From the NCBI RefSeq assembly GCF_009914755.1, contig NC_060925.1: 64,000 nucleotides of DNA; one strand, written 5' to 3'. The stretch comes from the human T2T-CHM13v2.0 reference genome, Homo sapiens. The translations under genes were made by a program, and so were the position numbers. A model generated the notes under the pieces. That model saw only the letters and a list, made by a program, of their open reading frames with translations, was not told the origin of the DNA and did no database searches. Of the stretch, positions 14,491 to 28,164 are shown piece after piece; the stretch's first letter is position 1, and every line of letters begins with the position of its first letter.

Positions 14491-16462
14491 TGGGGTCAGA
14501 TAATGACTTAAAAAGCATGCTGGTGATGGTGGTGGTGATGATGTTTCTGAATGTGAACAGTCTTTACACAGGTATTCTCAGATGGTTAAAAATCAGTGAG
14601 CTGTGAGCAGTTTTCTCTGTGTGTATGTTATTCAATAAAAATATTAAAAAGGTGATCTGAAAAGCAGTAAGCCTCTTTAACACTTTTCCTCAGACTTGGT
14701 AGCATCCATAAACAAGTTAATTAAAGCTAAAGGAGGTAACAGAAAACCTATTTTTTTTCTGTAGTATGTAGGTAGGCTCAGAGGATAGACTGATAGACAA
14801 AGATACATAATGTCTCACTTTGTAATCATCCCTATAATAATAATAAAAATGAAATTATTATGAAATAGAAGATATGAAGGTCGATGACAACATCTTCCAG
14901 CAGTGGAGTGAAAGTAAGAAGAATGTGGAATCAAGGTATCACTGTATATTGGAGGTCAATATCTGTAGGCATCCCTGATGTACTCAGACAAAAAATATTA
15001 AGTACTGCCAAGACCATTACAGACTATTGTGAAATGACAAAGTGCATACACTCAGACTTTTCACATATGACTTGTATTGCTTACTAAAATTTGATCACAG
15101 GGAGAAATAAGGGGAGTGACTACCAACTAGCAACCAGGTGATTACGACAACATAGTTGACAATGCACCAATCTTTATGTTTTTTTTAGATTAGAATAGCC
15201 TAACTTTCCCTCACACCCAATTCTTCTCTATTGCTTCTTAATCCACAGGTGAGTTAAGACCATTTCAAGAAAACAAACTGTGAAAGTTTATTTGCAATGA
15301 AAATTTATACTTATATATTTAAAAATCCATTGAATATACATTTTGAAAAAAAGAGATAAATATTTGAATAGAATGGGAGTCAAATATGTTTGTTTATGTA
15401 CAATGAATTTATATTTGACACAATGTTTGTTCTAAACAACAAAAGAGAATACGGCCTTGCTAGACACTGAACATAAAATGAAAATCATAATCAGATCCTG
15501 GTCCAAATCTCAAGGAGATCATATTCTAGGAATTCTATTTGCAAATGTACAGTGGAAGAAAAACATATCAGCATAATTTGTACAGTTGCCATGTCAAAAT
15601 TTGTTTTCATTTACATGACAAACTAAAGTGTTTCTAATGAATAATAGTTTAATTTGAGTGTTCCTAGTTGGTGGGTGACTCTGTTCCATGCAAATTTAAA
15701 GATGTAGCCTTCTTTAATTTTATGGCCTTGATTTTATCAAGGGCAAGATAATCTTCTATAGAAAGGGAAGAAAAGCTAATAGTTTTTGGCAGGGAGGAAG
15801 CATGACATACTCACTGGAGCTCAGAAAATAAAAATATTATATTGAGAGAAGAAACATCATAAAAGACACACAAAGGTTCACACGTGGATCAAATGTGGGA
15901 AGACAAGGTTAAACATGAAACCCCATCTTGGCTGTAGCTAATTTTTAGTGAATTTTCAACTCACAAGCAAAATTCAGGAAACACATTCTATATTATTTCA
16001 AACTCATATAACATTCCTATCAAATATTTGTAGAAAAATATTAGAAAATGTAATATTATGCATAATATATTTAGTTATTTAAAATGAAACTAAAGAATTT
16101 AACTAGGTTTTGGTTTTGGCATTTCATGTTCAGTTAACATTTTGGATAATCAAATTAAAATACCATTTAATTTTCATGAAAGTACAATTATGCTTAGCTG
16201 TACTTTGATACTGAAATGGAACTTCTATATTTCTAAGTCCATTATATCATGCTGGTCATCCTTTGCCTCTTGTACAAACTTTCTTATATAGTTATAGCTG
16301 AAATGCTTGAGGAAACACCCCATTTAATCCATACAATCCTGTGTTAGTCATGGTGAGCTATCTCCCTCCTACGCTAGGCAGATGAGGTTCCTAAAATGGA
16401 GTGAGCAGGAATCAGAATTGCACTCCAGCCAATGATCTCTTTCAGCATCCTAAAATAACAGA

Positions 16463-16775
16463 TAGTCATCTACCACATAATGACGTTTCAGTCAATAGTG
16501 AAATGTGTACAAATGGTGGTGCCATAAGATTATAATACTGTATTTTTACTCTATTCTATGTTTAGATACACAAATACTTTCTATTGTGTTACAATTGCCT
16601 GCATTATTCACTACAGTTAACATTCTGTACAAATTTGTAGCTTAAGAACAATAGGCCATACCGTATGGCCTAGGTCTGCAGTAGGGTATAACATCGAGGT
16701 TTGTGCAAGTACACTCTATGACTCTTGTACAATTATGAAATTGCCTAAAACACATTTCTCAGTGATGTATTACTG
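16463..16775 (+). mobile_element. Tigger3a (MER7A-like) DNA transposon MITE
   Basis: AGTCAT...CATAATGACGTTTCAGTCAA...GGTGGTGCCATAAGATTATAATACTGTATTTTTACT...AAGTACACTCTATGA...ACTG followed by TA. Confidence 0.85.
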
Positions 16776-18307
16776 TATTGCATAATTTACTATAAGGAAA
16801 GGGCTCAAGTGATCCCAAAAGTTCCCCTTTAGCATCATAATTAAGACTGGATTAAAGGAAGATTTGTTGGACACGTCATGTAATAATGGTAAGATAAAGC
16901 CTTTTATTCTCATTCAACATACATTGACATGATGTCTTCATGTAATGGAGGCAAAACAATAGATGACCTTTCCCATTTTCTAATTTATGTAATAACCATT
17001 ACCATAGCCTACAATAATCTTCATACCTTCCACATTATGCCTTTGGGCCTTACTATTCTTCATGGAAATCATGGTGGATTGAGGCCTAGGTCGAACTAGA
17101 AAACTGCATTGCTTGGTCACTTGCCATGGTTCTTAGCCACAGGTATGGTCTTCACTTACAATATCTACTTAGGTGTCCAGGAATACATAAACAGTTCCCC
17201 ATTAACAGAAATAAAAATAAATATATTTTTCTTTATCTTAGATTATTATATTTTCTCTCTTCATAAGTGGTATTTTCAATAGGAACGCTAAGAGCAGCAA
17301 GGAAACAGCAATTTGTGCTTACTTTTGTTTATTTTTAAAATGCTTTTCATTCTGTTTCTTCCCTTGGTCTAATCTTCCTGGCCTGTGTTTGGATCTTGCA
17401 AATTGCTTCACAAAGTTATTTAAGAATTGTGCTAAGGCATACCAAGGATTCCCAGAAAGCAATCCTTTTATCCTCAGGATAATCCTGATATCCTCAATCC
17501 TGATATCTTTCCACTAAGTCTCCTTTTTGGCCAAAAGTGTTCCATGAATCTTAAGAACAATCTTGCTGGTGATTTTTCAACGAGCTGTGCTAAGGTAAAG
17601 GGTTGATTTGTCAAAACTAGATCTTACACTAAATTTTATGAATTATTCAAAGGATAAAGGAAAGAACCATGCGTAGATAACATATTCCTTCTGGAACTTA
17701 AAGTCATTGGAACACAACATCATGAGAAATAGCTGCCAAGGTGTTTGTTTTTGCTACCTCAAGTTATGAGGTTTGAACAATATATTCAGAAACACTATTT
17801 AAAATGTGCTTTTTTCAGATTCGAGGATCCTCCTATTTTTACACTAGTAAAAAACAATGCCAAAAAGAAATACATAGCTGTGATTACATTTATCCTCCAT
17901 ACAACCAGGCCTCACAAATTCTATGCTAACTAAAAATAATCAACGTAGGCAGCTTATATATAGCTTATTAACAATGTTCTATGAGGAGAGACTTCTGCAC
18001 ATATTTCTGTGAGTAAGTATCATTATTTTGGATTGTTTTCTTATCAATTTAGTTAAGCTGGGAACTATGCTTTTCAAAATTTATTCATCTGGTTAACTTA
18101 AATATTTTCATTCTACCTTAAAATAAGTTTTTGTTTCATTTTTATGAAAATTATAAAAGTATAAATTACATAATAAAACATATGATTCTAAATGATTACA
18201 TTATTGAGAGCTTGAGAAGGGTAAAAATGTCACGAGGAAAGCTGCCTATATAATAGGAATCTTGGAAAAAGTTATTCTGAGAAGCAAGTAGATATTTGGA
18301 ACATAAG

Positions 18308-18336
18308 CGATAGGCTAGATAGATAGATAGATAGAA
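18308..18336. repeat. Short (GATA)n repeat
   Basis: TAGATAGATAGATAGATAGA. Confidence 0.8.
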
Positions 18337-21029
18337 TATATGTCTACCTTTATGCTTGGTGGTCTAAGTCAATCTGATTTCAATATATCTTTTAAATTTA
18401 TAAAACCAAGATTCATTTTTATTTACCACATAATTATATAGTAAAGTGCAATAATGTGTAGAATGTTTACTGTAACTGAGGAAAATAATTCTAAATTATA
18501 TTTGTCTTTATGTAAAATGTCATTAATTTAATTAAATTTTCTTGAATTTAATCTAAAAATGAACATCACGTCATAAATAGAGTATAGAATTGAAATGAAA
18601 ATGTGTAATTGGTGTAAAGGATCTATAATCCCAATTATATTTATATTTGAAAGTCCCATAATTGTGCATCTTAATTAGTAGATGATGTTTTGTGTTTTCA
18701 GTCAAATTACTAAATAATTAAGAGTAAAACTTTGTAATAGTAAAATAGTAGCAAAATATATCTAGAAATTGCTCTGAATGTTTTTTAGCATCCTACTAAA
18801 TGAATTAATAGAGGATTTTCAAACAAATATCTTGGCTTTAGATTTAATTAACTAACACCTGAACTACAGCTGAACTGCAGTGTAGTACACAGTGTGAAGT
18901 AGAATTTTTAATGTAAAGGTTAATGACTTAATTAGCGACACTTAAATGTTTAATTCAAATAAATGCTCAACCAGTTGACTGTAAAGTTCAGCTATTTTTT
19001 CCTTTTTGCTTATTTACTTTGAGTTGTTTTTCTCATTGAAGTTTGATAAATGAGATAGCGCATAAGATTGGAGAAAGGAAACATAAGAATTTGATTGTGC
19101 TATTTGTATATGATGACTTAAAAAGTGTATGTTAAATTGAAAAATATTATACAGTCTGATAATGATAAAAAACTCAAGCTCAAATTAGCTTTTATAGCCA
19201 CTGGTTTGTTACTTACATTTCATTCGCACTGCTTTTTACCTCTGAAGAAATGCAAATCAACTGAATAATAAAGGATTCAAAAACTTTTTAATAAATCAAT
19301 TTTTAAAATTAATGTCTTGTAACTTAAAAGTCTTTTTCTAATCCAAGCTCATTAATGAAGTATTATATCCTCCCTTATAAAGGAAACAAGCATGTACACA
19401 TACCAGGTGCTCACTGTCTTTATCTCTGTTATCTATTAATATTATTTACCTTAGAATTTAATATTCTAACATTTATTATTAAATGATTTATCTATCCAAA
19501 TTTTAATTTTTATTGACTTTTATTATATTTTATTTCTAGCATAAGGATGTGGAGAAACATCTTTTAAGAGATCATATCCACTTATTGTTTAAAGTAATTC
19601 TAGAAATAATATTATATATATTATATAATAACAATAAGAAAATTATACTTGGAATTTATCCCATTATAATATTTTAAGGATGTAAGCTTTTCCATTCAAG
19701 TAGTAATAATAATAGCCTAAATTTATATCTTGAGTATGAAATGGATCCCAATATCAATTTAAATAAAATTTCCATAATTTCAACTGATGATGTAATCCAA
19801 ATATTCCTATCTTTATGGTTGCTGCTTATTTTGATATCTTGATTTACCTCTATCATTTGAATTTTTGAGTTATGAACCATACATTTCCCTTCTTAACTGT
19901 AAAAACCACAATTTTCATTTGGAATGGATCCACATTAATTAGTTCTGTCTGCTTCAACTCACTGTATTTCTTTTATCTGCAAACACTTCTTACATTTCTG
20001 GCTTAAACACAATTTGCTCATCAGCATTAAACACATCGTCCATGATGTTACACTCAAAAAACAAAATTGCAGGATTATGCAGAGAAAACAAGCACTTGAC
20101 TTCTTTTCAAAAATGTCTTCAATTATTTCTCAATTCAAAAGAGAAAATTGAAGTCACACTTCTGTTACTATAACATGGGAGCAGAATTTCAAGGAAGCCA
20201 TGAGACTTGACTCAATCATAATTACTTTTCAAATATGACATGAATAAGCTTTAAAGGAAAAGGCTCAACACTTCAAGTACACACTTTAATTAGGAATCGA
20301 GGGTTAAATTTACTGTCTGGGATAACAGAGATTGAATTTACTAACTTACATACAGCTGAAAGTGAAATATAAGGTAATTTATCCTGAAGTACTTTAAAAT
20401 ATATTTTAGGTTTTGAAAATTACTCCTTACTGTGTAAGTGTGATGATGATCAAAGAACTGTTCCATTTTAGGATTGTCATGTAACTATAAATGTGAATTT
20501 GTTAAGATGGTTAAAGTTTCTAGCTTTTCAACACTAAATTTCCATCCGTAATTTATCTTTCTATTGTAACTTCAAATATATATGATAATAAATACATGTA
20601 AATTCATTCATTTGTTTCTTTCTAATATATGTTTTACTAGTTCTGATCCCTCACATAACAAGTAAGCAAAAAAACTCATGTCTGGTAACTTTCTTTTTAA
20701 ATTTGCAACTGTCTTTTGAACTCTATAATGAGTATTGCAACTACTAGTAATCACAGAAATATTATTTTCTTGTGAATATTTTTTATTTTGCTCACTTATG
20801 AGAATTCTGATTTTGCCTCCTTAGTTTGTTTCACATCTATCCCTTTCAGATGGTTTCTCTTTACCAGTTTTCTCAGATGCTGGGGAGACACTATCTGGAG
20901 GAAAGGAAAGGGTGGAGGATGCAGCGGTGTGAATCTAGGACTGGGTGGGACAGATTTTTAGGAAGTTTGGAGGAGTATCTGGTGTGTCAACTGGGCTGCT
21001 CTGCTTCCTGAATGTATTCAGAAACTGAA

Positions 21030-21360
21030 TCAGGTTTTTCCATGTCTTTGCTCCATGAATCTTGTGGGTATAAATTTTATCCATGTTGTCAAAAAGGGCT
21101 CACCATCATCACATCTGGTTCCAGATGTAGGGCTGGCAGAAAATGACAGTGGAAGGTGTGTAATCTCACTTTGAAGATATTACACAGAAGTCACATATCT
21201 CACTTCTGCTCACATTTTCTTTGATGGAATTTAGTCACATGGTTATACAGAGCTTTAAGAGTTGCTATTTGGCCGTATGTGTCACTAAAAACTTGAGGAT
21301 ATCGTTTGCAATGTTAAAAATGAAGAAAAATAGATTTTGGAAGACAGTGAATATCTGCTG
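21030..21360 (-). mobile_element. MLT1J/K-like LTR fragment
   Basis: CAGAAGTCACATATCTCACTTCTGCTCACATT...GAATTTAGTCACATGG, typical of MLT1J/K antisense. Confidence 0.65.
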
Positions 21361-23838
21361 AAAAATCTATGGCTTCTGAGGTTTTATGCCACTCACCAAG
21401 ACACAGTAGCATCTCACTGACCCTAGCTAACAGAGAATAAAATAATATTGGCCCCTATTAAAATTATGTAGTTAGGGTGAAGCCCTGCTTTCCACTTTTA
21501 CTTGGGATTCAACAATAAAGTATGAGTATTTAAATGGCATCCAGTTCAAAACAACAAATGCCCACTGCAATTACTTAGAGAAAGTTGCTTCTCACCAGAA
21601 GCAATCATCATTGAAACATTTCGTGAATATCCTTCCAGATCTTTTACCATGCATTGTATATCACAGTCTTCATTCAGTACTTAACATTTCAACACAAATG
21701 CCTTCTTCATATAAGTGCTTTCAAATTTAAAAAATGCTCATCATTTTGCCTTCTTTTATTTCTGATCTACCAGGTAAAATGAGAAGATGGGTAGCTAGCA
21801 AGAAACAAATGTGCACTGGCTCAAATTTATGCTAATGCTGTCACTCCATAGCAATGTATTCCTAGCATTCAGCATGATAGAGAGCGGAGTAACTGTGTTA
21901 AATGATCTCTTTAGCAGAGAGAGCAAAAACAATATTGCTTTTCGTATGAGAAATGTATGTTTTAAATGAATACTGAGGGCTTTTAGTTTTTGTTTCCTTT
22001 ATATCTCAAAGATTAATTGTTCTAAATTACATGTTGAATTGGGGACAAATTATTTCTTAAGAGATACAAAACTGCATGAAGCATTCTATTATAACCAAAC
22101 TATGAAATATGTTCCTTATGTTTTATGACTTGATATAATTATTCAAAAAGAGTCCATATTCTTATAGTGTTATCGATTATTTTGCTCAACAAGAATGTGA
22201 ACAGATATTTTAGTGTTGAAATACTTACTGGAGAAAAATGAGTGTATCGTATTTAACTTACTTTTGAAATTGAAATTTGACTCTTAATAATTCACAAGTA
22301 TGTTGCTTAAATAGGAATTCCAATTACAAATATATTTTATGTTTCAATCTTTCTCAAGGTAGATTCTTAAATAAATATTTATTTTGTTATTAATATTTGG
22401 TATAATTTTTAAAATAACCAACTCCAGACAACAAGGAACATTTTTATAAAACAATTATTTTTCCAAACAATCATTTTACACTGGCAATGTGAAAATAAGT
22501 TATGAGAATAGCATGAATAAATAAAATTAATAATTATTTAAAATGCAATTTTTTATCTTTTCTGCTTTTTCCTGAAGAATATTTCCAGATTTCAAATGCA
22601 CTAAGTAACATTGTTTTGTATATTAAATGTTAATCAGTGCCAAATTATGAACTACATCTTAAACATGGAATATTTTGTTCACCTGTAGGTTACTGGTCAT
22701 AAAACTGAGAAAATCAGCTCATGTAAGTTACATTAATTATAATTCACAAACATTATTATTTCTGCCAAGTTTATAATTGAGGCCGTTTATTTTCCAGGAA
22801 GTACAAGAGCAGCTGTGGGCTATAACTGAGAATAGTCGTCTTTGCATTTTTCATTGTTGCTTGGTAATTGCCTAATTTTTTCTTTGATATTCCCTTATAT
22901 AAGGATTCCAATTAAAAATATGATGTTTTCATTCCACCCTTTATATTAATCCTATATTCACTGTTTTTGAATTTTTAACCCATGAGAGTTCTGTTTTCTC
23001 CCATTTAATTCATAATAATAGAATGCATTTTTTTAACAAAGCAAAGACATAACATGCTAATTAATATACAATGTAACTTTTTTGGGTTTAGAAGCAGAAA
23101 TAAATGTAGACTTTAGTGTTGACAGATGATTGGTGTAATTATCACTATAAACAATTCATTTAGTTAAGCTAAAAATCTACCTCAAGTTCTCTTTATGTTT
23201 ATGTATTACCTCTAAACAATATTTTTGTAAGCATAGCATACAGGTGTATGGAGAAGAAAAGGAGCACATTAATAAATGTAAATTAGCCCTTCCCCTTAAA
23301 TACAGTAAGCTTTTAAAAATAAATAGTTATGTGGAAGTCTTAATTCATATTTTTAATCAAGAAGAGTATCGATTTCATTTTCATTGTGTTATATAATTTC
23401 CTCTGTGGACACTATTAAGTCAGAGTTTTCAAGGTTTAAAAACATCCTAAAAATCTCATCCAATTTGGCCAGTGTGATAATTGTTTATTTCTCTGAAATT
23501 TGTCCATGAAACAGGCATGGGCTTCAAGCTATATGCCGAAACCATACAAGACTTTGGCATATCTCTTCTGGGGAGTAGGCATGTGAGTAAACTGTATGCA
23601 TTGAGAAGAAAATTGGTTGCTTGTTGACTACAAATGTAGACTGTAGTAAAAGCAATGCTATTTGTTCACTGGATTTTGTTTTAATTTTCTTCTTTGGAAT
23701 AAAAAACATATTTCCAGTTTTTCGTGTATTTGTGTGGGTCCCAGAGCATAGCTCTGACCAACAAAAAAATGTAAGAAAGAAAGTGAAGTACTTCATTTAA
23801 ATCCTAAATCCTAAAATCTACATTGTTTTCCATTTTTG

Positions 23839-23839
<1 letters not shown>

Positions 23840-23873
<34 letters not shown>
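23840..23873. repeat. (TG)17 microsatellite
   Basis: Pure TG run. Confidence 0.98.
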
Positions 23874-23875
<2 letters not shown>

Positions 23876-23951
23876 TTCCTTAATCTGTATATGATAAGCT
23901 TGTCATATATGTGAATGAAAGGCTCAAGAAGAGTTAATTCTGGACTTTTCA

Positions 23952-24090
23952 GAGTGGTAACCACATGCATCTATTGAGAACTTGAAACATACCCAGTTCG
24001 CTAGAGAGACTTAATTTTTAATTTTAATTAATTTAAACTTAAAGAGCCACATGTGGCTAACACCTACTCTATCAGACAACACTGGTCTAG
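23952..24090. mobile_element. MER3/MER33-like hAT-Charlie MITE fragment
   Basis: AACCACATG...CTATTGAGAACTTGAAA...TTAATTTTAATTAATTTAAACTTAAAGAGCCACATGTGGCTA...GACAACACTGGTCTAGA. Confidence 0.7.
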
Positions 24091-24139
24091 AAGTTGATAG
24101 TGTGGAAGTTTGGCAGAAGCCAGGATCCTGTAACACTAC

Positions 24140-24260
24140 ATGGAATGTTACCCACTGAGTGCTACAACCAGACTTTGTTGAGAGAAATAAATTTATAATT
24201 TGTTAACACAATGAAATATTGTGATTCTTTCTCACCAGAGTAAACAGACTTAATCAACAA
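24140..24260 (+). mobile_element. MLT1-type LTR 3' end fragment
   Basis: CCAGACTTTG...GAGAGAAATAAATTTATAATTTGTTAACAC...ACTTAATCAACA. Confidence 0.45.
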
Positions 24261-27149
24261 GACCACTAGAAGAGCAATAGTCTATTTATATTGGTTATCT
24301 TAGCATTTAGTCTACTGTCCAGCACATTTTCATAAATAACTGAATATTTTATATTTAATATACTATGTACGTATTGAAAAATAATTTGTTTAAAAATAAT
24401 ACATGGTCTTTTAGCTATTTAGCTTAATAGCTTAAAGCTATTTTAGTTCTTAGCATACATATATATGTATTTATATATATATATATGTGTGCATATATAT
24501 CTGTGTATTTTCCCAAATGTTTATATATATAATACACATATTACAGTGAGAGTGACCCTTTGTATTTCAAAGACTATGTATTAAAAAAAATAGCACAGTC
24601 TAATTTTCTTTTCATTTTGAACATAGAGTTTTAGTGGTGAAGCTTAGTGTTAAGAGGCATTTATAACCTTCAGTAAGGCAATTCCATGTAACAAAACCAA
24701 ACTAAATATTGTTTGGTGAGCTTTTCCTTCCTATTTCAAATATTCCTTCCCTGATGTTTGTCAGTGATTCACATATATGATTTGTTATTTTAGACAGGTT
24801 AGGCAATTTTATTAATAGAACTTAAAGAGTGAAGGATTAAGGCATGTATTCATTTTCTGGGATAACTGAAACCCATGAAGATGGGAGTCTGCCAGTTGAA
24901 TTAGTGTCTTCCATAACACTGGTCCTTTCATATTAACAATGAATTTAATAAGACAATTAACTACAACTAAGAGAATCTTTTTGTCCTGATGTTAGGTATT
25001 CCATGCCTGTGGTGGGCATGCAGACAGTGGAAAGGGCAATAGGTAATCCTCAGATAATCCCCAGGAACTTTTTCACCCTAACATTCATTTTTCACCCTAA
25101 CACTACTATTTACCTTTCCTCTGACAATACCATCTTTGAGGCACTGTGTTCCCATCATTTGATGATTACTTTTGCTTGGTTATTAGGACACAGGGTACAC
25201 TCACTATGCCATGATCCAGAAATCTGGGTTATTCTAGAAATAGATCTTCAGCACATATACAGAAAAAGGTACAGAAATACAGAGAAGGCCTTTCACTGAT
25301 AATTGCTCACTATGACTTCCAGAGAAATTCTGCCCCTATTCTGGGGGCTTTTCTTGAGTTATAATCTGATAAATAATTTATGAAGCAAAAACACAGTTCA
25401 CAATAGGTAGCTAATTTATTACTATTAGTATTATTCTTACAGTAAATAGGTCAATGCCATGGAATTTTCTATCTTTACAACTCACTCATATAATCCCATA
25501 AGGAAATTAATAATAAAGCTTTATTTTATATACATTTAAAGGATTTTATAGGTCTTATTTTTAGTTTTGCCCAAGTTGTTTTCATTTTTTCTTATATATT
25601 TTAGTTTTGTTTGTACCTAGCTGCTTTTGAATTTGAACACATATGGATTTTTGCTTCTATGTTTTTTATTCTCCCATTTGTAAATTAGTTTACTTGGATG
25701 TAAGTGCTTTTATCCATAAAAAAGGCAAAATAAGGGGCATTACAAAAGATAGTACCCATTAAAGACAGTTATTATAAAGAGAGAAAGAGAGAAACTACAT
25801 TACACTCAAATAAGCAGCAGATAGGGAAAGGAACACATTCCACTATAACAGAAGGGAAAAGGAAGATGGATACCAAGCAGGTAGCTCTGTGGGATTGGTA
25901 GAGGTTGACATGAAAATTGTATAATCTGACTTCCATGTGCAAAGTGATCTGCTAAAAAAGGCAAAGCACGCAGACCAAAATAATCAAAAATATTGTACCC
26001 AAAATAGCATGGGAATAATTTAGACAACTAAAGATGTATGCTTAACTATTAATATTTAGTGTGTTGTAAGAGCCATGAAGCAGTCTTCCAAGCTTTGCAA
26101 TCATACAAATTTGACTATTTACACCCTCTCCTGCCAATACCAAGAAGGCTACCCTTTCCTGTGTTGGGTGCTAATGTCTAGGAAAAATGCCAAATTGAAG
26201 AATAATTAATGTCCCATTACAATGTATTTCTGGCTCAAATTGCACATTTCTATACTTTGAATAGAACAAGAGCTGCAGAATTTGTCTTCGTTCATGACAG
26301 ACTGTATTATGGTCAAGAGACTTTTCTTGGGAAAAATAAGTAAGGCTTAAGCCTGTTACCACTGAGTTTATTGAAACAAATATACCATTAGCTTCAGGCA
26401 AAAGCCTATACAAATCAGTTTGATAAACTTAATTACCACTCTTTATAACACCTTAGAGCCACTTTGAAATAGAGTCCAAACACCATACAGTGAATAGCTC
26501 AATTTCCCCAAAAGGCACTGAGCCATTGATTTAATTGAACTTTTTCCAAACAAGAGAAGTTTCCATTTTTCTCTATCTCTTAAAATATAGAGAAGAATAG
26601 AATTTAAAAAAGTCCTGAGAGTCCTTCATTTCATCTCTTAAAACCTAAAATTTTTTATATAAGCTTCTATAGTATCATTAGGTAGAAGGTATAGTGGCTT
26701 TACATCATACTTCCTTTTTAGCTTAATCCTATTAAATTGCAAGATATTTTTAATACATCAAGTGACTGGCTTTTGAGAATATTCTCACTGCTTTCACACT
26801 AATGCATTGCTGCATAAACTATTGTCTGGTCTGTTTGATCAGCTGTTCCAAAGCCTAATCATGTCATTGCCTACTTCCCACTGCCTATACCTCATTATCT
26901 ACATTAATTTTAGATTATTTTGGTAAAACTAAACTGTACATATGTCACTATTCAGATTTTTTGTGCATTATTTTAGCACATTGAAATTTCTTAGAACAGT
27001 TTTTTACAGCTTATCACAATCTCATTCCAGCTTCCAAATATGTCTCTCCCTGTTTTCCAGTATTAATTCAATCATTAGGCAAATTCCACCATTTATATTT
27101 TTTATGCAAAACATAACTCATATATAGCTTTCATTTTGAAAATAAACTG

Positions 27150-27490
27150 TCTGCACTAGAATATTAATTTAGAAAACTGTAAAAGTCATAATGTACATCT
27201 CAATCAATTTTCATAATCTGAATCTGTTTATTTTAATCAGCACCAAGAATAAGAAACAGAACCTGAGCAGCACTCCAGAAGCCCCCTTTAAGACTCCTGC
27301 CAATCACTAAGCAGACGCTCTCTCTCCAGGGTAACCAGGATCCAGACTGCTAAAAGCCTGTTTGAACATCACACTGGAATTACATTGTATATAATTTTTA
27401 CATCTCTCTACTTTCCCTCAAAATTATCTTCATGAGATTCATTTGTGTTGTTGCTTATAGCCGCATTTTTATTTTTTCATGCTGTCAGGT
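27150..27490 (-). mobile_element. L1ME-type 3' end fragment
   Basis: AAGAAACAGAACCTGAGCAGCACTCCAGAAGCCCCC...CAGGGTAACCA...CATGAGATTCATTTGTGTTGTTGC. Confidence 0.75.
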
Positions 27491-28164
27491 TTGAATTCTC
27501 AGATCTTTATTATTGCTTTAAATATAAAATATTTTAAATGCTGTGTTCCAGCCCCAATTCCATTACTATTCCATTACTAACCCCACTATTAGAATTCCTG
27601 AATGTTTCTTAAGGCCTAGTTCAAAAGCTTCTTCTTCCATGATACAGTCCCCATCACTCTTCTTCCTTTACCTCCGTTCCATCCATAGGATAGTCCTTAA
27701 CGTGCTAAATAAGCATAACATTTATGGTACTTCTAATATTGCACTCTTTCTATTCTGCTTATGTTATTTTTTTCTTTCTCCTTCCTCTTGTTCCTCCTCC
27801 TCCTCTTCTTCTTTTTCTTCTTCTGTACTGTGTATTATAAATCATACACTTTTCTAGATTTCTAGACATTAGGAGACAGTGCTCTTGTTTATAATGTAGT
27901 TAATGATTGTACAGTAATATTTGTATTGCATCTTTTTCTACTTACTGGACTCCAGCCACATGATAAAAATGGTATCATCATTAAAAGCAAGGAATATTTT
28001 ATACTACACCAAAGGAATACAGACAAATTATAATATTAGCAGTTCCTCAGAAATTGTGAAATTCTATATAAATGAATCTCTATTGAGTTAACATTGCCTT
28101 ATGAACTTTCTCCTAGCCATTCTTTCCCTATTATAGGACAAAACAGCCCAAATAGCCTGTGTAA

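Noticed and set aside
19211-19244. Minus-strand 25-nt micro-exon (CAG...GTAAGT)
   Set aside because: Not frame-preserving, short pyrimidine tract, no partner exons; compatible with chance.
13947-19257. Octamer motifs ATGCAAAT at 13947, 15688 and 19250
   Set aside because: Several copies are expected by chance in 64 kb of AT-rich DNA; no clustering or clear composite site.
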